DNA from: the human T2T-CHM13v2.0 reference genome, Homo sapiens
Assembly: GCF_009914755.1 (NCBI RefSeq)
Contig: NC_060935.1
Reading direction: 5' to 3' (one strand)
DNA length: 64,000 bases
Shown here: positions 23,728 through 46,275 of the stretch, one piece after another
How the letters are laid out: every line of letters begins with the position of its first letter
Position numbering within the stretch: the stretch's first letter is position 1
Notes under the pieces: generated by a model
What the model saw: only the letters and a program-made list of their open reading frames with translations
Databases searched by the model: none
What the model was told of the DNA's origin: nothing
Made by a program: the position numbers and the translations under genes

Positions 23728-24272
23728 TGGTAGGCAGCCTCTAAGATGATCCCAGTGACTCCCACTTCCTGGTACTCATGCCCTTAAGAATCCCCTCCCC
23801 TTGAGTGTGGACTGTTCTGGTGACTTACTTCTAATGAAAAGATTATGCAAATGTGATGGCTACTAGATTAGGTTACCAAGAAACTGGTTCTGGTCTTGAG
23901 TTGCCCTCCCTCATTCTCTTTTGCTCTTGCTCTGGGAGAAGCAACCTGCCATGTTGTAAGTTGTCCTATGGAGAGGCCCACAAGGCAAGAAACTAATGAG
24001 GAAGGCCTCCAGCCAACAGCCTATGAGGAGCTGAATCCTACCAACAACTATGTGAGTGAGTGTGGAAGGGGATCCTTCCCCGGTCAAACCTTGAGATGAG
24101 ACTGTAACCCCAGCTGATATCTGGATTGCAGTCTGTGAGACACCTTGAGGCAGAGGCACCTAGCTAAGCTGCATCCAGATTTCTGACCCATAGAAACTGT
24201 GAGATAATGGTTGTCATTTTAAGTCACTAAGTTTTCGGGTAATTTGTTATGCAGCAATGGAGAACTGATGCA
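23728..24272 (+). mobile_element. MaLR LTR (MLT1E/F-like) in LRP4 intron 36
   Basis: Starts TGGTAGGCAGCCTCTAAGATG and ends AATTTGTTATGCAGCAAT..., typical of MLT1. Confidence 0.75.
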
Positions 24273-24548
24273 CTGAGCTTTAGAGTCAGACAGATCTGTT
24301 TCAATTCCACCTCTGTGATTTATTAGCTGGGACCTTGATAGATATAATCTAAACTCTCTGGCTGGGTGCGGTGGCTCACACCTGTAATCTTGGCACTTAG
24401 AGAGGCTGAGGTGGGCAGATCACACAAGGCCAGGAGTTCGAGACCAGCCTGACCAACATGGAAGAAACCCTCTCTCTACTAAAAATACAAAAAAAAAAAA
24501 AAAAAAAAAAAAATTAGCTGGGCATGGTGGTGCATGCTTGTAGTTCTA

Positions 24549-24680
<132 letters not shown>

Positions 24681-25350
24681 TTAAAAAAAATAAACTTTCT
24701 GAGCCTCAGATCCTCATCTGTAAAGTGAGGAATAATAATACCTGTGTTACGAGGTTGTCATGACATTGATATATATCCATTAATGGTAACTGTTACGATG
24801 ATGATGATGAAGAACAACAGCAGCAAACTGTAAGCTACGTTTAAAGCATTTGGGGGAAAATATAAAGAAAGAGGGACATAAAAAGATTATAAATGACACA
24901 TTCTACCTTTCCAGAATGATTGCTACTGAGCAAAGATGTACAAACCAATATTGTAGTAAAAGGCTGTGTTTGTATAAGGGGAAAATCATTTCCAATTTCA
25001 GTGGTTTGAAGCAGGGAGTACTGGAAAAAGCAAAGATGTTAAGAGTCAGTCTTAGATTTGCCTCTTACTTTGTGACCTTGGGTAATATCCTCTGTGCACT
25101 CAGCATCCTAGTCTATAAAGAAAATCCGAAGGGTTGTTACAGTCATTCAATAAGGAAAATGCTTAGGCTGTGACTGGAGAAGAGTAAGTATTTAGGTTTC
25201 CACCCTTTCCTTCTGCTGCCCTGACCAGGCACCCAACCTTGCAATAAGGCTGGTCAGAGCTTGATTCAGTGAACTGCAGAGCTTCGGGAGATCCCAGACA
25301 TGCTCATGAAGACCAATGAGCATGTGGCCCCTGTAGCAAGACTGAAGTTA

Positions 25351-25668
<318 letters not shown>

Positions 25669-26022
25669 CTATCTGACATAAGGCAAGATGCTTAACTTGT
25701 AAGCCTACATTTTCTCTTTAGTTAAATGTAAATAATAAATTGCTCATAGGACTGGAGGAAATTACATGAGAGTATGTATATATGCATGTGCACACACATA
25801 TAATGTGGCATATATATGGCTTATCACATGCCTGGCATACGGAAAGCATACCATAAGCTGTCACTGTAAGTGGTGAGAGCTATTATGATTATTATTTCTA
25901 TGGACTTAGTTTAAAAAGAGTTCATCAACCCCAGAGTCCCAATGAAGGTTATGAAAGATATCAGTGGAGACTTAGATTCATTACATCTTCTTTTCCGGAA
26001 CAGTGGGGTACTCAGGGCTTAC

Positions 26023-26090
26023 CTGGAGCAGCAGGAACAGCGTCATTGGAACGTGCACAGAGGCCCAGCCTGGCATCCCTTTCAGAGCAT
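26023..26090 (-). CDS. LRP4: LRP4 exon 35 (68 nt, juxtamembrane)
   Basis: [22 protein letters not shown]; AG / GTAAGC; its phases join exon 34 to exon 36 in frame. Confidence 0.93.
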
Positions 26091-27127
26091 CTGTGGGGCA
26101 CAGAAAACTGGATGTGAAGCCTACTCATACTCAGTGAAGGTCATGCCTTCCTCCAGGAAAGGGGGAAAGGCCTGTAAGTGGGGGCTTTCAGGTATGAGAA
26201 TGTACAAGATGGAAGACATCAGAAGCATGGAGAGGGCAACAACAGGAAATGGAGAGAAATCCGTGCAAGGCACTGTTTTCAAGCCGTTATACCATGTTTA
26301 AGTGTGTTATAAAATATGTACCTTTAAAAATGAGAAGCAGGTTTGGGAGTGAGTTGGAAGTCTGCAGAAAGAATACTAAGGACATCAATATTAGGCTTTC
26401 TTAAACTACCGGGATGAGTCAGAAGCAGCTGCTAGCCAAGCCAATCTGATTGGATAAAAATTATCACAAGAGCTAAATATCCCAAGGTCAAAAAATGTTT
26501 TTCTTCTCTTCATTCTTTCACAAGGGAATATGCAAGACATCCAGAGGGAGTGCTCAGATAACTAACTTGAAATGCTCAGAAGGTGACTTCTTTGTGGTAC
26601 ATTATGAGCAGGCAATCAAAGGCATCTCCTAAACAGCCAGAGGAAAGCTACTTGCAAGAGCATTTGGAACCAAGATGCACTGAATTTTCAAATAGAACTC
26701 TGACAATAAGAAAAGGTCCGAGCGGGGTCAAAAGTTTTCTAAATAAACCTAAAGAAAATCCGAGAGTAATAATGACTGATAGTACTTAAAAGTTAGTGAG
26801 AAAGGCACATGTTTATACCTGGGTGTTTCCTTTTCTTTACAAACTGTAGTAAAAACAGAGAATGGGGGCACACAGCATATGAATTTGATCATGTGCAAAT
26901 CTTGTAACTTTAGGGACATTGAGTCTAAAGTTTTTATTTGGGATCATTATTATGTTTCTGCTTTCAGAATTGAAATCAAGTGTTAACTACCTTGTAAGCT
27001 ACTGATGATATTAAAAATAAAGAGACCAGTATGTTGCAGTGGAAAAAAAAAAAAACTGTTCTAATTAGAAAAATGTCTAGAAAAGATAGACATCAAAACA
27101 TTAAGAGTAAATTATATATAGGTATAG

Positions 27128-27313
<186 letters not shown>

Positions 27314-27352
27314 TAGCTGGGACTACAGGCATGGGCCACCATGCCTGGCTAA

Positions 27353-27565
<213 letters not shown>

Positions 27566-28325
27566 TAATGCCAGCACTTTGGGATGCCTAGGCGGGTGGA
27601 TCACTTGAGCCCAGAAGTTTAAAACCAGCCTGGGCAACATGGTGAAGCCCCATCTCTACAAAAAGTACAAAAAATTAGCCAGGCATAGTGGCACACATTT
27701 ATAGTCCCGGCTACCTGGGTGGCTGAAGTAGGAGGATCACATGAAACCAGGAGGTCGAGGGTGCAGTGAGCTTGAGCTGTGTTCATGCTACTGCACTCCA
27801 GCCTGGGTGACAGAGTGAGATCCTGTCTCAAGAAAAAAAAAGAAAAAAGAAAAAAAAGAATGTCTCTGAATTGAATGTAACATCATATTTAATCAATTTT
27901 AAGATGTTTGTTTTTTCTATGGCCTACCATCTCTTAAACAGGCATGTGACTTACAATCAATAGCATTTCACATTTGCTGTTGGTTATCTTTTCAGTTTAA
28001 TTTCTCAAATCAGGAAGCATTTTATAATGAATAGCACCTTTAATTTAATGAAATAAGATACTTTATACTTGATTTGAGAACTGTTCGTGTTTATGCTTGC
28101 TTATTTCATAATGGTGTTTGTGTGTGTGTGTGTGTTGCGGGGGGGTGCACATGACATTATAAGCTAAGGCCATCATATCTCTGGGGAAACCTTTTTGTTC
28201 CAAGTCATAAAGCCACAGCCCAGAGACTACTGTTGGACAAGCCAATATGCCAAACCTATGATGTGAGAGCAAATGTCACAGAGAGAAGAAGGAGGAATAC
28301 CACGTGGGAGGGTCCTCCTAAGTGA

Positions 28326-28543
<218 letters not shown>

Positions 28544-28881
28544 TAGTGGAAACGGGGTTTCTCCATGTTGGGCAGGCTGGTCTCCAACTCCCGACCTCAA
28601 GTGATCCACCCGCCTCAGCCTCCCAAAGTGCTGGGATTACAGGCGTGAGCCACCACACCCAGCCTTAAAGTTGTTCTTAAAGCTTCTTGCCCTCAGAGCT
28701 AAAAAGGGAATCACTTGTAACAATCTACAAGTCTGAATATCACCTTCTGTCCCAAATAACAGGGACTGGTAGCTCCTGACATAATCTATCTCCCAACTGC
28801 CTTATCAAGCTGGGACTATGAGTTGGTCATGGGATGGTGATTTGAATCAAAGGGCCCATGATCCTGCATTGAACCTATTTA

Positions 28882-29064
<183 letters not shown>

Positions 29065-29453
29065 CTACATATGGCCCAAGAGTAGCAGCTGGAGAACTTG
29101 ACAAAACAATCTTTTAGCTGCCCTAGTCCCAGGCACCTTCATTAGTAGCCCTTCTTAATACTATCAATAAAAAGGAGTTGGATTCAATAATAATAGCTCT
29201 GGATGGGACAGCTGGCTCACCAGTCAGGAAGAGAGAGTGATGCACAGGCCACTGATTATCCCACAGCAGGGACCTGGGAATCAAGAGACCTGAATTCTGT
29301 TCCTGCAAATGCCAGAGGGCAGACAAACCCAGGTTTGAGCAATTCCCAAAACCCAAGCAGACTGCTACCAATCACTCCACTAATAAGACCTTCTTTATGG
29401 GGATCCCACCCAGAAGGACAGATCAGACCAGTATCAGAGGCTGCTGACTCTCA

Positions 29454-29708
<255 letters not shown>

Positions 29709-29823
29709 CTACTCCCAGGGACAGGGGAGGAGGAGAGATACAACCGCGAGGGAGTAAAAAGTTCTAAGCGTTTAAAATGTGAACCAAGAAGCTCTCTTGT
29801 GGCCCTAACTGTCTTGGTCCCTA

Positions 29824-30036
<213 letters not shown>

Positions 30037-31010
30037 CTACTCAACAGGGGAAGCCCAAAAACAGTAAATATTATTCAGCAAGCAGACTCCTTCCTGTACA
30101 GCTTCTGTGCCTCACCATGTGCCACTGCCTCTGCTGAAATGCCCTCTTCATCTCTTCCTCATTTCTGTGCATCAACAGACATGACATTGTCAAGGAAATC
30201 TCCCCAAATCCATATAGACTTCACCATTCTCTCCTCTATACAGTTCTGCACCTTATAGTCACTTGCCCAAGTACATTTTTACACTCAAGCAATTTGTTTA
30301 CTGGTCTGTCCATCCTACCAGTTTAGTTCTTCAAGGACAAGAATGTGTTCTATTCATCTCTGAATTCTAGCACCTAACACTCAGTCCCCATTTAGTTGAT
30401 TGAATGACTCCCTCTCTAGCAAATAGGAGGAAATTTGAAGGTTCTTATAGGTTCCTGTTCCTCTGGGCCCTTTGCTCAGAGCACTGCCCCAAATCCTCTC
30501 TTTACTTCTGTAGGCAGCTTTCTTCTAAAGCAATGATGGTGAAATTCTCAATCAAGGGGAGGGAGGGGCAATGAAGGTGTTCTCATCCTCATCCAAGGGT
30601 ATATATCAGAAACTGTGGGGAAACCTGTAGACTGAAAAACCTATATGCAGTAGTACCCTGTAGTTTTACATTTAGAATATGAAAAAAAAAGACTATCATT
30701 AAGTAAAACCAGATAAAATCTTTTTGGCTAGGCCAGGTGCGGTGGCTCATGCCTGTAATCCCAGCACTTTGGGAGGCCAAGGTGGGCGATCATGAGGTCA
30801 GGAGTTCGAAACCAGCCTGACCAACATGGTGAAACCCTGTCTCTACTAAAAATACAAAAATTAGCTGGGTATGGTGGCACGCACCTGTAATCCCAGCTAC
30901 TCAGGAGGCTGAGGCAGGAGAGTCACTTGAACCCAGGAGGTGGGGGTTGTAGTGAGCCAAGATCGCACCACTGCACTCCAGCCTGGGTGACAGAGCGAGA
31001 CTCCATCTCA

Positions 31011-31273
<263 letters not shown>

Positions 31274-32404
31274 TCAAATTTATTTCTCTTTCTTTTCTTT
31301 CCTTTCTTCTTTCCTTTCTGTCTCTCTTTCTCTGACTCTCCTCTCTGAGATAGCATCTTGCTCTGTTGCCCAAGTTGGAGCACAGTGGTACAAATGTAGC
31401 TCACTGCAGCTCGACCTCCTGGGCTCAAGCGATCCTCCTGCCTCAGCCTCCTGAGTAGCTGAGACTACAGGTGTGTACCAGCACACCTGGCTAATTTAAC
31501 AAAAAATTTTATAGAGATAGGGTCTCGCCATGTTGCCCAGTCTGGTCTCAAACTCTTGGGCTCAAGTGATACTCTGGCCTCAGCCAGAGTGCTGTGATTA
31601 CAGGCATAAGCCACTACACCTGGCCAAGATTTTTAAATGATCGAGAATTCCTGTTGGCCTCAGGCTTGGTAGATCTTCTTTTCCTGGCCCAAATTATTTT
31701 TTGTGTTAGAACTCAAAAGTGACAGCTAATAATAATTAAAATGGGTAGCGATAACATGTATGTGGTGCTTACTGTGTGCCAGGTACTATGCTAATGCTTT
31801 GTGTCTATTTCAGGAGGATACTATTATTAGGCTGATTTATTTTATAGATAACTGAAGCTGAGAGAGGTTCAGTCACTCTAGTTCAAAGTTACACAGTTAT
31901 TTAATAATACAGATAGAACTTGAATCCAGGTACCTGGCAAATTGATGGTACTCATTAAATACTTACAAACTGGCTAGATGCCTCAAAACTCTGGCTTTTA
32001 GCCACTCCACCCTGTTGCCACTAAGTGAGCTCCCTATGCCCAGATGCTGGGACCGCAGCATTAGGATTAACTGGGGAACTTGTCAAAATGTATTTTACTG
32101 TGCCCAGCCCTCATGAAGCAGCTTCTCTATAATCTCTATAGTCAGGGCCTAGGAACCTGCATTTTAACAAGCACCATATCGGATTCTGTATACCACTCTT
32201 TGAGAGCCACTCCTTTGAATGCTAGAACATGGGAATGGCAGGATAAGAGTAGCAAGGCACTCGGTGGCCCTACCAACCTACCAAGGCTTCAGGGCACAGG
32301 AAAAATCCCTAAAATGAGCTGCAATAGCACGTCTGTTCAGTAGCAGCTATAGCTGAGACTGCTGACTTAGAACCCCAAAGAAACATCCCAGTCAAGGAGG
32401 TTTA

Positions 32405-32599
<195 letters not shown>

Positions 32600-32999
32600 C
32601 TATGAACCTGTTTGTCCCCTCCTGAGCTGACTGGCAGATGCTATGAGAACTCAAGAAGCACCCTCGATGAGGGGTCATTGTGAGTCCCAAAGCTGAAGAA
32701 GGGAGCTGGTGGTTCATGAGTGGGGAGGTCAGGGCTGCTCTGGGGAGGCATAGAAAGTCTAGTGACCTCAGAGGAACCACCACCCAGCCTCATCTTCAGG
32801 AATTTGATTGCCCTTTGACTCCTACCCAATAATCAAAGCCCAATTTCTTACAAATGGTCTTTAAGAAGAGAGCTCACTCGGCCGGGCATGGTGGCTCACG
32901 CTTGTAATCCCAGCACTTTGGGAGGCCGAGGCGGGGGATCACTTGAGGTCAGGAGTTCGAGATCAGCCTGGCCAACATGGTGAAACCCCGTCTCTGCTA

Positions 33000-33212
<213 letters not shown>

Positions 33213-33337
33213 TTAAAAGAAGAAGGCATTCTACCACCTTTCCAGAAGTCTTGGATTCCCTTCCCCTTCTTTTGGATCAGAAGGGGGCACAGACTGCTTT
33301 AGAGCCCCTTCCCCCTGCCCTTAGCATTTCTTATCTA

Positions 33338-33779
<442 letters not shown>

Positions 33780-33945
33780 TCAAATTAGGAACATGTAAAC
33801 CAGCCAAACAAAACCCACATAAGGGTTGAGGGCTGGATTTAGCAATCGCTGCTCTAAGAATATATTCCCTTATCCTTCTCAATGATTCCTCTTCCCCACA
33901 TACCAAGAAGCTTTCTATCTTTTCATTTTTCCAAGGTTAATCTCA

Positions 33946-34694
<749 letters not shown>

Positions 34695-35690
34695 TTAGGA
34701 GGACACAGTATTTCCTGCTAACTGGACATAGTGGCGGTTGCCAGGGGATGTCTTGCTAGAAGACAAGTTTATCATTCCCCACATACCTTTGGGAAGAGAC
34801 AAGGATTGCTAGGTGGTGATGATAAGAAACGCAGATTTGTCAAAACCAACCTGTGCATTTTTTAAAAGTTAAAAACAATTTTAAATACAAGTAGATATGA
34901 GGTTTCATTATGTTGCCTAGGCTGGTCTTGAACTCCTGGGCTCAAGCAATCTTCCCGCCTTGGCCTCCCAAAGTGCTGGGATTATAGGCGCGAGCTACCA
35001 CGCCAGACCCTAACTGTGCACTTTTGCAAAGGCCCTATGGGCAGGAGGGAACTCTACCTCAGAATGGGGAGCATGTCACTGTCACCTAGGGGACTTCCCT
35101 AAACTGTATATGCCTACCTGTCCCCAGTTTGAGATTCTAATACATCCCTTGGGGAGAGCAAAGGGGAATGTTCCCTGTTCCTCCATGTGAGAATATCTGC
35201 CATGGTAAACCACTCTTACTGGTGGCAGGACATCATATTCCTAAGCTGTGTTAGGGCCACAAATTTAAAGACTAAAAATAAAACAACGAAAAAATAAAAA
35301 ACAACAGCTTTGTAAACCACCATAAGACTTGGCATTTGATTGGGGCTCCTTTACTGCAATACAGATACTGGTTATATGGCCTACTCATCAGTAAGTCCTA
35401 GGGGATTCTTGGAGCTCCCTCAGGGCACAATGGTAGATGTGAAAGTCTCCAGGTCCCCTGACTTTACCTGTTTTTTTTGTTGTTGTTGTTTGTTTTACAT
35501 ACTAGGCTTCCATATAATCTCTAAACAAATGAAAGTTTGAAACTCTGCTGTAAGTGACAACACTACAAAGTGAACAAGTCAGGATTAAAACTCACTATCC
35601 AAAGTGCCAAATCACTCATCCATTTAGTGGTCAGAACACAACCTCACCCATGGGCGACCAGAAGCAAATCTGTGTCTTCTGGAGGTTTCA

Positions 35691-36101
<411 letters not shown>

Positions 36102-36249
36102 CTAAGTGACAGGATTCAGTGCCTGGCAGGGTGAGGTAGAAGGAGGGTCTGCAGGAGGATCTCCAGGAGTCCTTTGAAGGTGACAGCTGTAGTACCAGCC
36201 ATACCCAGAGAGAACACAGCCCAATCTGGAAGGGAGCTTAAACAGGTCA

Positions 36250-36891
<642 letters not shown>

Positions 36892-37368
36892 CTATATTAG
36901 CTAGTTATTCCAGCAGCTACCACATACCATGAATACTTAACAGTATGTCAGATACACTTGAGTACTTACAGTATGTCAGGCAAAATTTTTGCTTGACAAA
37001 GTACTTTGCAAAATACTTCATGTGCATTATCTCAACCTTCATAAGGGCCACAAGGTATGTATTTTCACTACCACCTCCATTTAATAGGTAAGGAAGCTGA
37101 GAATTAGAGAGGTTAAATACCGGACCCAAGTGATATAGCCAATAGATGATGAAAACATTTCAATCCTGGTATTCTGATTCAAGGCTCATGCTTTTAACTT
37201 CTACACTGTACTGTCACTCTGCGAGAAGTCACAAGAGAGTGGAAGAGCCCCAGGGAGGTCACCTTGTTTCTGTGATGCAAGCTTCCTCTCCACTACCCAC
37301 CTTTACCCCGTCATAACCCCAGCTGAGCTGGCCCCCCACACTACCCAGTGCGATACAGCCAGCTCTCA

Positions 37369-37551
<183 letters not shown>

Positions 37552-37633
37552 TCAAAAGAGCACACTGGCTCCTATTTTAAAACAGATGGGCTATTTCCCC
37601 AGCCCTGTTGCCAGACAGGTGGTCCCTGGGCTA

Positions 37634-37759
<126 letters not shown>

Positions 37760-37935
37760 CTAGACCCTCACCGCCTACAATGGGACACACACAGCTGATT
37801 CATGTCTTGAAACACCAGAGCATGTCAGAGAGCTCTGGAGCCTCTAGCAGAGGAAATCAAGGAAAACGCAGAAATATCATAGCAGGATAGCTCTTGGCAG
37901 AGACGGAGAGAAGAGGGCCCCAAACCATGCTCTCA

Positions 37936-38319
<384 letters not shown>

Positions 38320-39101
38320 TCATGCCCTGTCCCTGCTAGTTTCTAGCTATGTTATTCTAGGCAAGTTATTTAAATTATTATTATTTTTTGAGACAGGGTC
38401 TTGCTGTGTCGCCCAGGCTGGAGTGCACTGGCATGATCATGGCTTACTGCAGCCTTGACCTCCTGAGCTCAAGCGATCCTCCCACCTCAGCCCCCTGAGT
38501 AGCTGGGACTACAGGCACACACCACCATGCCCAGCTAATTTTTGTATTTTTTTGTAGAGATGGGGTTTCGTCATATTGCCCAGGCTGGTCTGAAACTCCT
38601 GGGCTCAAGCCTCTGCCCACCTCAGCCTCCTAAAGTGCTGGGATTACAGGCATGAGCCACTACTCTCAGCTTAAATTATTAGGCCTCAGTTTTCTTATCT
38701 ATAAAATGGGGACAATAATGGGGTGGCTGTAAGGGTTAAAAGATCATGTACATAAAGCACTTACCATTAGGTCTCACACATATTCATAAATAATGCCTCT
38801 TTATTAATATTATGAAAGTGGCTCTCTTTGAAGGACCCTTTACCATGAAGATTAAGAAAGAGAAAAAAAGAAAGGGAATAAAGGGACCCCAGGGGGCTTT
38901 ACTCACAACCTGAGAGGCACAGTTCACAGCTCCTTTCTCACTCAAATTCCCAGGGAGGTTAGAGTTCAAATGCAGCCTACCCTGCAGCATCTCCTAGGGA
39001 GAAGCCTTGACTTCCGACATCTGGGTAGCCAGGTACTGCTTCTGGGACCCTCCAATAAGGTTGTCACATAGGTTGTGCACTCACAAAAGTGGCACATCTA
39101 A

Positions 39102-39510
<409 letters not shown>

Positions 39511-39804
39511 TGACAATGTACTAAGAGATGAGAGGAAAGTGTCTTGAGAAAGGAGCATCTTTATCTAATATGCATGAAGACATCATAAGAACTAGTTGGA
39601 CCCTGCCTCCAGTCCTTTCTACTTGCTCCCCAGGGCCTCTCCCCAGGCCCGTCCCCTTTTCTAAAAGCCGTGAGTCTCTCCCCTGGGCCTCTAGAAGCAG
39701 CAGGACTCATGGTTTCTCAGACCACATTGGAGCCCATCTGCAAGGAAGGAAGAGAGCCATTGCCCCCTCCCAGAGAGGCTGCATCTAGATCTGTGATGCT
39801 TTCA

Positions 39805-39963
<159 letters not shown>

Positions 39964-40028
39964 TCAATGGGGAGAGCTAGGGCATAGGAGGGCCACGGAG
40001 AAGCCAATGCTAGCCAAGGGCTGCTCAC

Positions 40029-40218
40029 CTGGGGGCCGGCGGCGGTGGAAGACATGGATGTCCATTAGGTTTTCCAGGTTCTCCTGCAGAGTCTCCCGGT
40101 CCAGCCCTGTCAGCCGGTCAGCGCTCTGTATGCTCTTGGTCTGCCAGTCAGTCCAATAGATGCGCTCTCCATAGAGGGTCAGCCCAAATGGGTGGGGGAG
40201 CTGGCTTCCAATCAGCAC
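40029..40218 (-). CDS. LRP4: LRP4 exon 21 (190 nt, propeller 2)
   Basis: [25 protein letters not shown]...HRRRPP; AG / GTGAGC. Confidence 0.96.
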
Positions 40219-40745
40219 CTGCCAGGGCCCCAACACTGTGTCATCTTCAACAAAGTCTGACAGTACAGAGCAGTGGCAAAGAGCTCACTGTGGACTCAGA
40301 AAGCAGCTCTCCCACTAACACCTACTGGGTGACCTCCAGTAAGAGCTACTTATAAAATCTCTCTGAGCCTTGCTCTATCAATCTGTGACTTGATCATGCC
40401 TGGCTCTAAGGGTCGTGTGATGGTTTTATTGGAAGATGTTGGAAGTCATCTATTACTCACATCATCTCAAAGTATCTCTGGACAAATTACTTATTAAGTA
40501 CAAAATTTAAAAATAGCAACTTTACAGTGGACACTACCTTAACCATACAATGGCAGTAAGTATCACAATAACGGAACAGGCCAACACCTGTGTCTACTGA
40601 TGAGACACACTGAGAACTCAAGGACATGACTTCACTTAGTGTAGTATTCCTGCTGCAAATGCACACTCTGAATCCAATCACAAGGAAACATTAGATAAAT
40701 CCAAGTTGAGAGACATTATAAAAAATAACTGGCCTTTACTCTTTA

Positions 40746-41040
<295 letters not shown>

Positions 41041-41959
41041 TCAATAAAGTCACAGAAAAGCTGAGGAAATGTTCCAGATTAGAGAGTAAAGAGACTAGAT
41101 TAGTTGGGCCCGGTGGCGCACAGCTCCAGCTACTCAGGAGCCTCAGATGGGAGGATCACCTGAGCCCAGGTCAGCATGGGCAACACACCAAGACTGCAGT
41201 CTCAAAAAAAAAAAAAAAAAAGCTATGTGTGGTGGCTCATGCCTATAAACCCAACACTTTGGGAGGTCAAAGCAGGAGGATTGCTTGAGCCTAGGAGTTC
41301 AAGACTAGCCTAGACAACAAAGTGAGACCCCCATCTCTACAAAAAATAAAAAAATCAGCCGAGTGGCCTCAAACCCGTAGGCTCCTGAGTAGCTAGGGTG
41401 CAGTAGTAGGTGCCTGTGGTCCCAGCTACGTGGGAGGATCCCTTGGGCCAGGAGGTCGCAGTTACAGTGGGCCATGTTTGTGGCACTACACTCCTGCCTG
41501 GGCCACGGAGTGAGTGTCTAAAAATAAATAAATAAATAAAAATTAAAAGAGACGTAATTACTAAACACAATGGGTGATCCTGATTGGATCCTAGATTAAC
41601 AAAGAAAAAAAGTGGGGTGGGAGGAGCTATAAAGGACATCACTGAGGCAATTGGTAGTGAAATTGGGCAAGGACTATGATTAGACAGTAATATTGGGCCG
41701 GGCATGGTGGCTCGTGCCTATAATCCCAACACTTTGGGAGGCTGAGGCAGAAGGATCGTTTGAGGCCAGAAGTTTGAGACTAGCCTGGGTAATACAGGAA
41801 GTCTCTACCAAAAAAAAAGAAAAAAACTAGCCAGGCGTTATGGCTCATGCGTGTAGTCTCAGCTACTCAGGATCCTAGTAGGTCGAGGGTGCAGTGACCC
41901 AATATTGTGCCACTGCACTCCAGCCTGGGTGACACAGCATGACCCTGCCTCTAAAAAAC

Positions 41960-41992
<33 letters not shown>

Positions 41993-42571
41993 CAGTAATA
42001 TTGGATCAATGTTAAATTTCCTGATTTTGATCATTGTACTGTGGTGATGTAAGACAACATCCTTGCTTTTAGGAAATGTGCACAGGAATAGTCTGGAGTC
42101 AAGGGCAGGCTGTCTCCACTCTAATTTCAGACAGTTCCAAAAAATAATAGTGAGTGTGTACAGAAACAGAATGATAAAGCAAATGTGGCAAAATTTTATT
42201 TATTCTTTTTACCTGTTCTTGCAACTTTTCTGTAAGTTTGAAATTATACCAAAACAAAAACAAAAAGAGATGAATCACAGGCCCACAGTGCAACTGGTAA
42301 TTTAACAAGCATTAGTTGTGCTGGTTAACAGGAAATTCTGTGCATTTACACCCCCAGCTCACAATCCACACAAGTCCCTAGTTTCTTTTCATCATCAACC
42401 AGCAGCCCTTTCCCACCCCTGCCCCCAAGCTCTGGACAGCACCTACAGCCTCAGAGAAACAGCACATGCCCCATGCTGGTCCCATAACCTCCAGATCCCC
42501 TTATCTCCAATCAGCTGCCAGCCAAAAAGTACTGTCCTGGAGGCTGTCAAGGCTGTGGGAAGATGTTTTAG

Positions 42572-42846
<275 letters not shown>

Positions 42847-43167
42847 TTAATATCCAGCAGGGACTCAGAGTACCTAGGATTTCAGGGTTTCTGCCTGAAG
42901 CAGATCCTCATCAGCCTCAGCCTCCTGCATCAGTGTCCAGCCCAGCTCTGGGCTCAGCACTATCTCTGAATGCCTTGTCTTCTATTACTATCAAAAGGTA
43001 CAGAGTCTTAATAAAAGCAGAGCCCACAGCTTAAGCAAAACTCCACAAATAAAGTGTACATGGGAATAAAGAAAGAGGAGGGGTGAAAATGAATAAGAAA
43101 CATTTCCTTGGCCAGGCGCCATGGTTCATGCCTATAATCTCAGCACTTTGGGAGGCTGAGAGTATCA

Positions 43168-43449
<282 letters not shown>

Positions 43450-43592
43450 CTATAAAACCAGTAAGAACAACATAGGCCAGGTGCAGTGGCTCACACCTGT
43501 AATCCCAACACTTTGGGAGGCTGAAGCAGGACGATTGCTTTAGCTCAGAAGTTTGACACCAGCCTAGACAACATAGCAAGACCCCATCTCTA

Positions 43593-43823
<231 letters not shown>

Positions 43824-44121
43824 CTAGATATAAGGGCAAGCAGAAAAAAAGTCACAAAAAGTATGCTATTTTTGTAAAACCAAAACCATCACCACCAACA
43901 ACAAATGTTTACATACATTTAGAAGAAAACCTGGAAAAAAATATCCTGAACTGTTAACTTATTGCTGGAGAGTGAGATCACAGAGAATTTTTACTTTCTA
44001 CAGATTTAAATTTTTTTAACAATGAGTTACTTTTGCAAGTAAACCAACAATAAAAAAAAGATAAGGAAAGAAAGAATTGAAAAGTTTCCTTGTCCACAGA
44101 GAATACAAAGTTGTCACCAGC

Positions 44122-44630
44122 TGTTGGGAACAAGCCCCCCAAAATTTGGCCATAAACTGGCCCCCAAAACTGGCCATAAGCAAAATCTCTGCAGCACTGT
44201 GACATGTTCATGATGGCCATAACGCCCACACTGGAAGGTTGTGGGTTTACCCGAATGAGGGCAAGGAACACCTGGCCTGCCCAGGGCAGGAAAACTGCTT
44301 AAAGGCATTTTTAAGCCATAAACAATAGCATGAGCTATCTGTGCCTTAGGACATGCTCCTGCTGCATTTAACTAGCCCAACCTATTTCTTTAATTCGGCC
44401 CACCCCTTCATTTCCCATAAGGGATACTTTTAGTTAATATCTATAGAAACAATGCTAATGACTGGCTTGCTGTTAATAAATATGTGGGTAAATCTCTGTT
44501 GGGGGCTCTCAGTTCTGAAGGCTGTGAGACCCCTGATTTCTTACTTCACACCTCTATAGTTCTGTGTGTGTATCTTTAATTCCTCTAGCACCACTGGGTT
44601 AGGGTCTCCCCGACAGAGCTGGTCTTGGCA
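44122..44630 (+). mobile_element. Solo LTR, MER9-like (HERV-K HML-3 group), 509 bp, in LRP4 intron 19
   Basis: Starts TGTTGGGAACAAGCCCCCC and ends TTGGCA; perfect 6-bp TSD ACCAGC at 44116-21 and 44631-36; internal AATAAA. Confidence 0.88.
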
Positions 44631-44774
44631 ACCAGCCTCTGGTTTCTACAGCTGCTCTTGCTTCCTTGGGCATATCCATAAGATCTGGTCACTCTTCCTA
44701 ATCTTTAGACTCCTCTCTGGAGCTCAGATCTTGGGAGGGGTGGATGGAGCTCATTCCCAAGGGGCAGCCACTCA

Positions 44775-44903
<129 letters not shown>

Positions 44904-45123
44904 TTAATTCTAGTCTTGTTCATTCACCCTCTTACCTTCCATGGCCAACACAAGAGCCTGGTATGCGCCAGCAGAGCACAGAGTAGGGGCTCAAAAGATA
45001 TTTTGTGACAGATGCACAACGGAAATTTAGTGACTTGAACTGCAAGAAGAAATTCAAGGATGTGATCAGTTGGATTTCTTGAAAGAGCAAGACTTCCCAA
45101 ACATAGGCAACCATAATTTAAGG

Positions 45124-46275
<1,152 letters not shown>

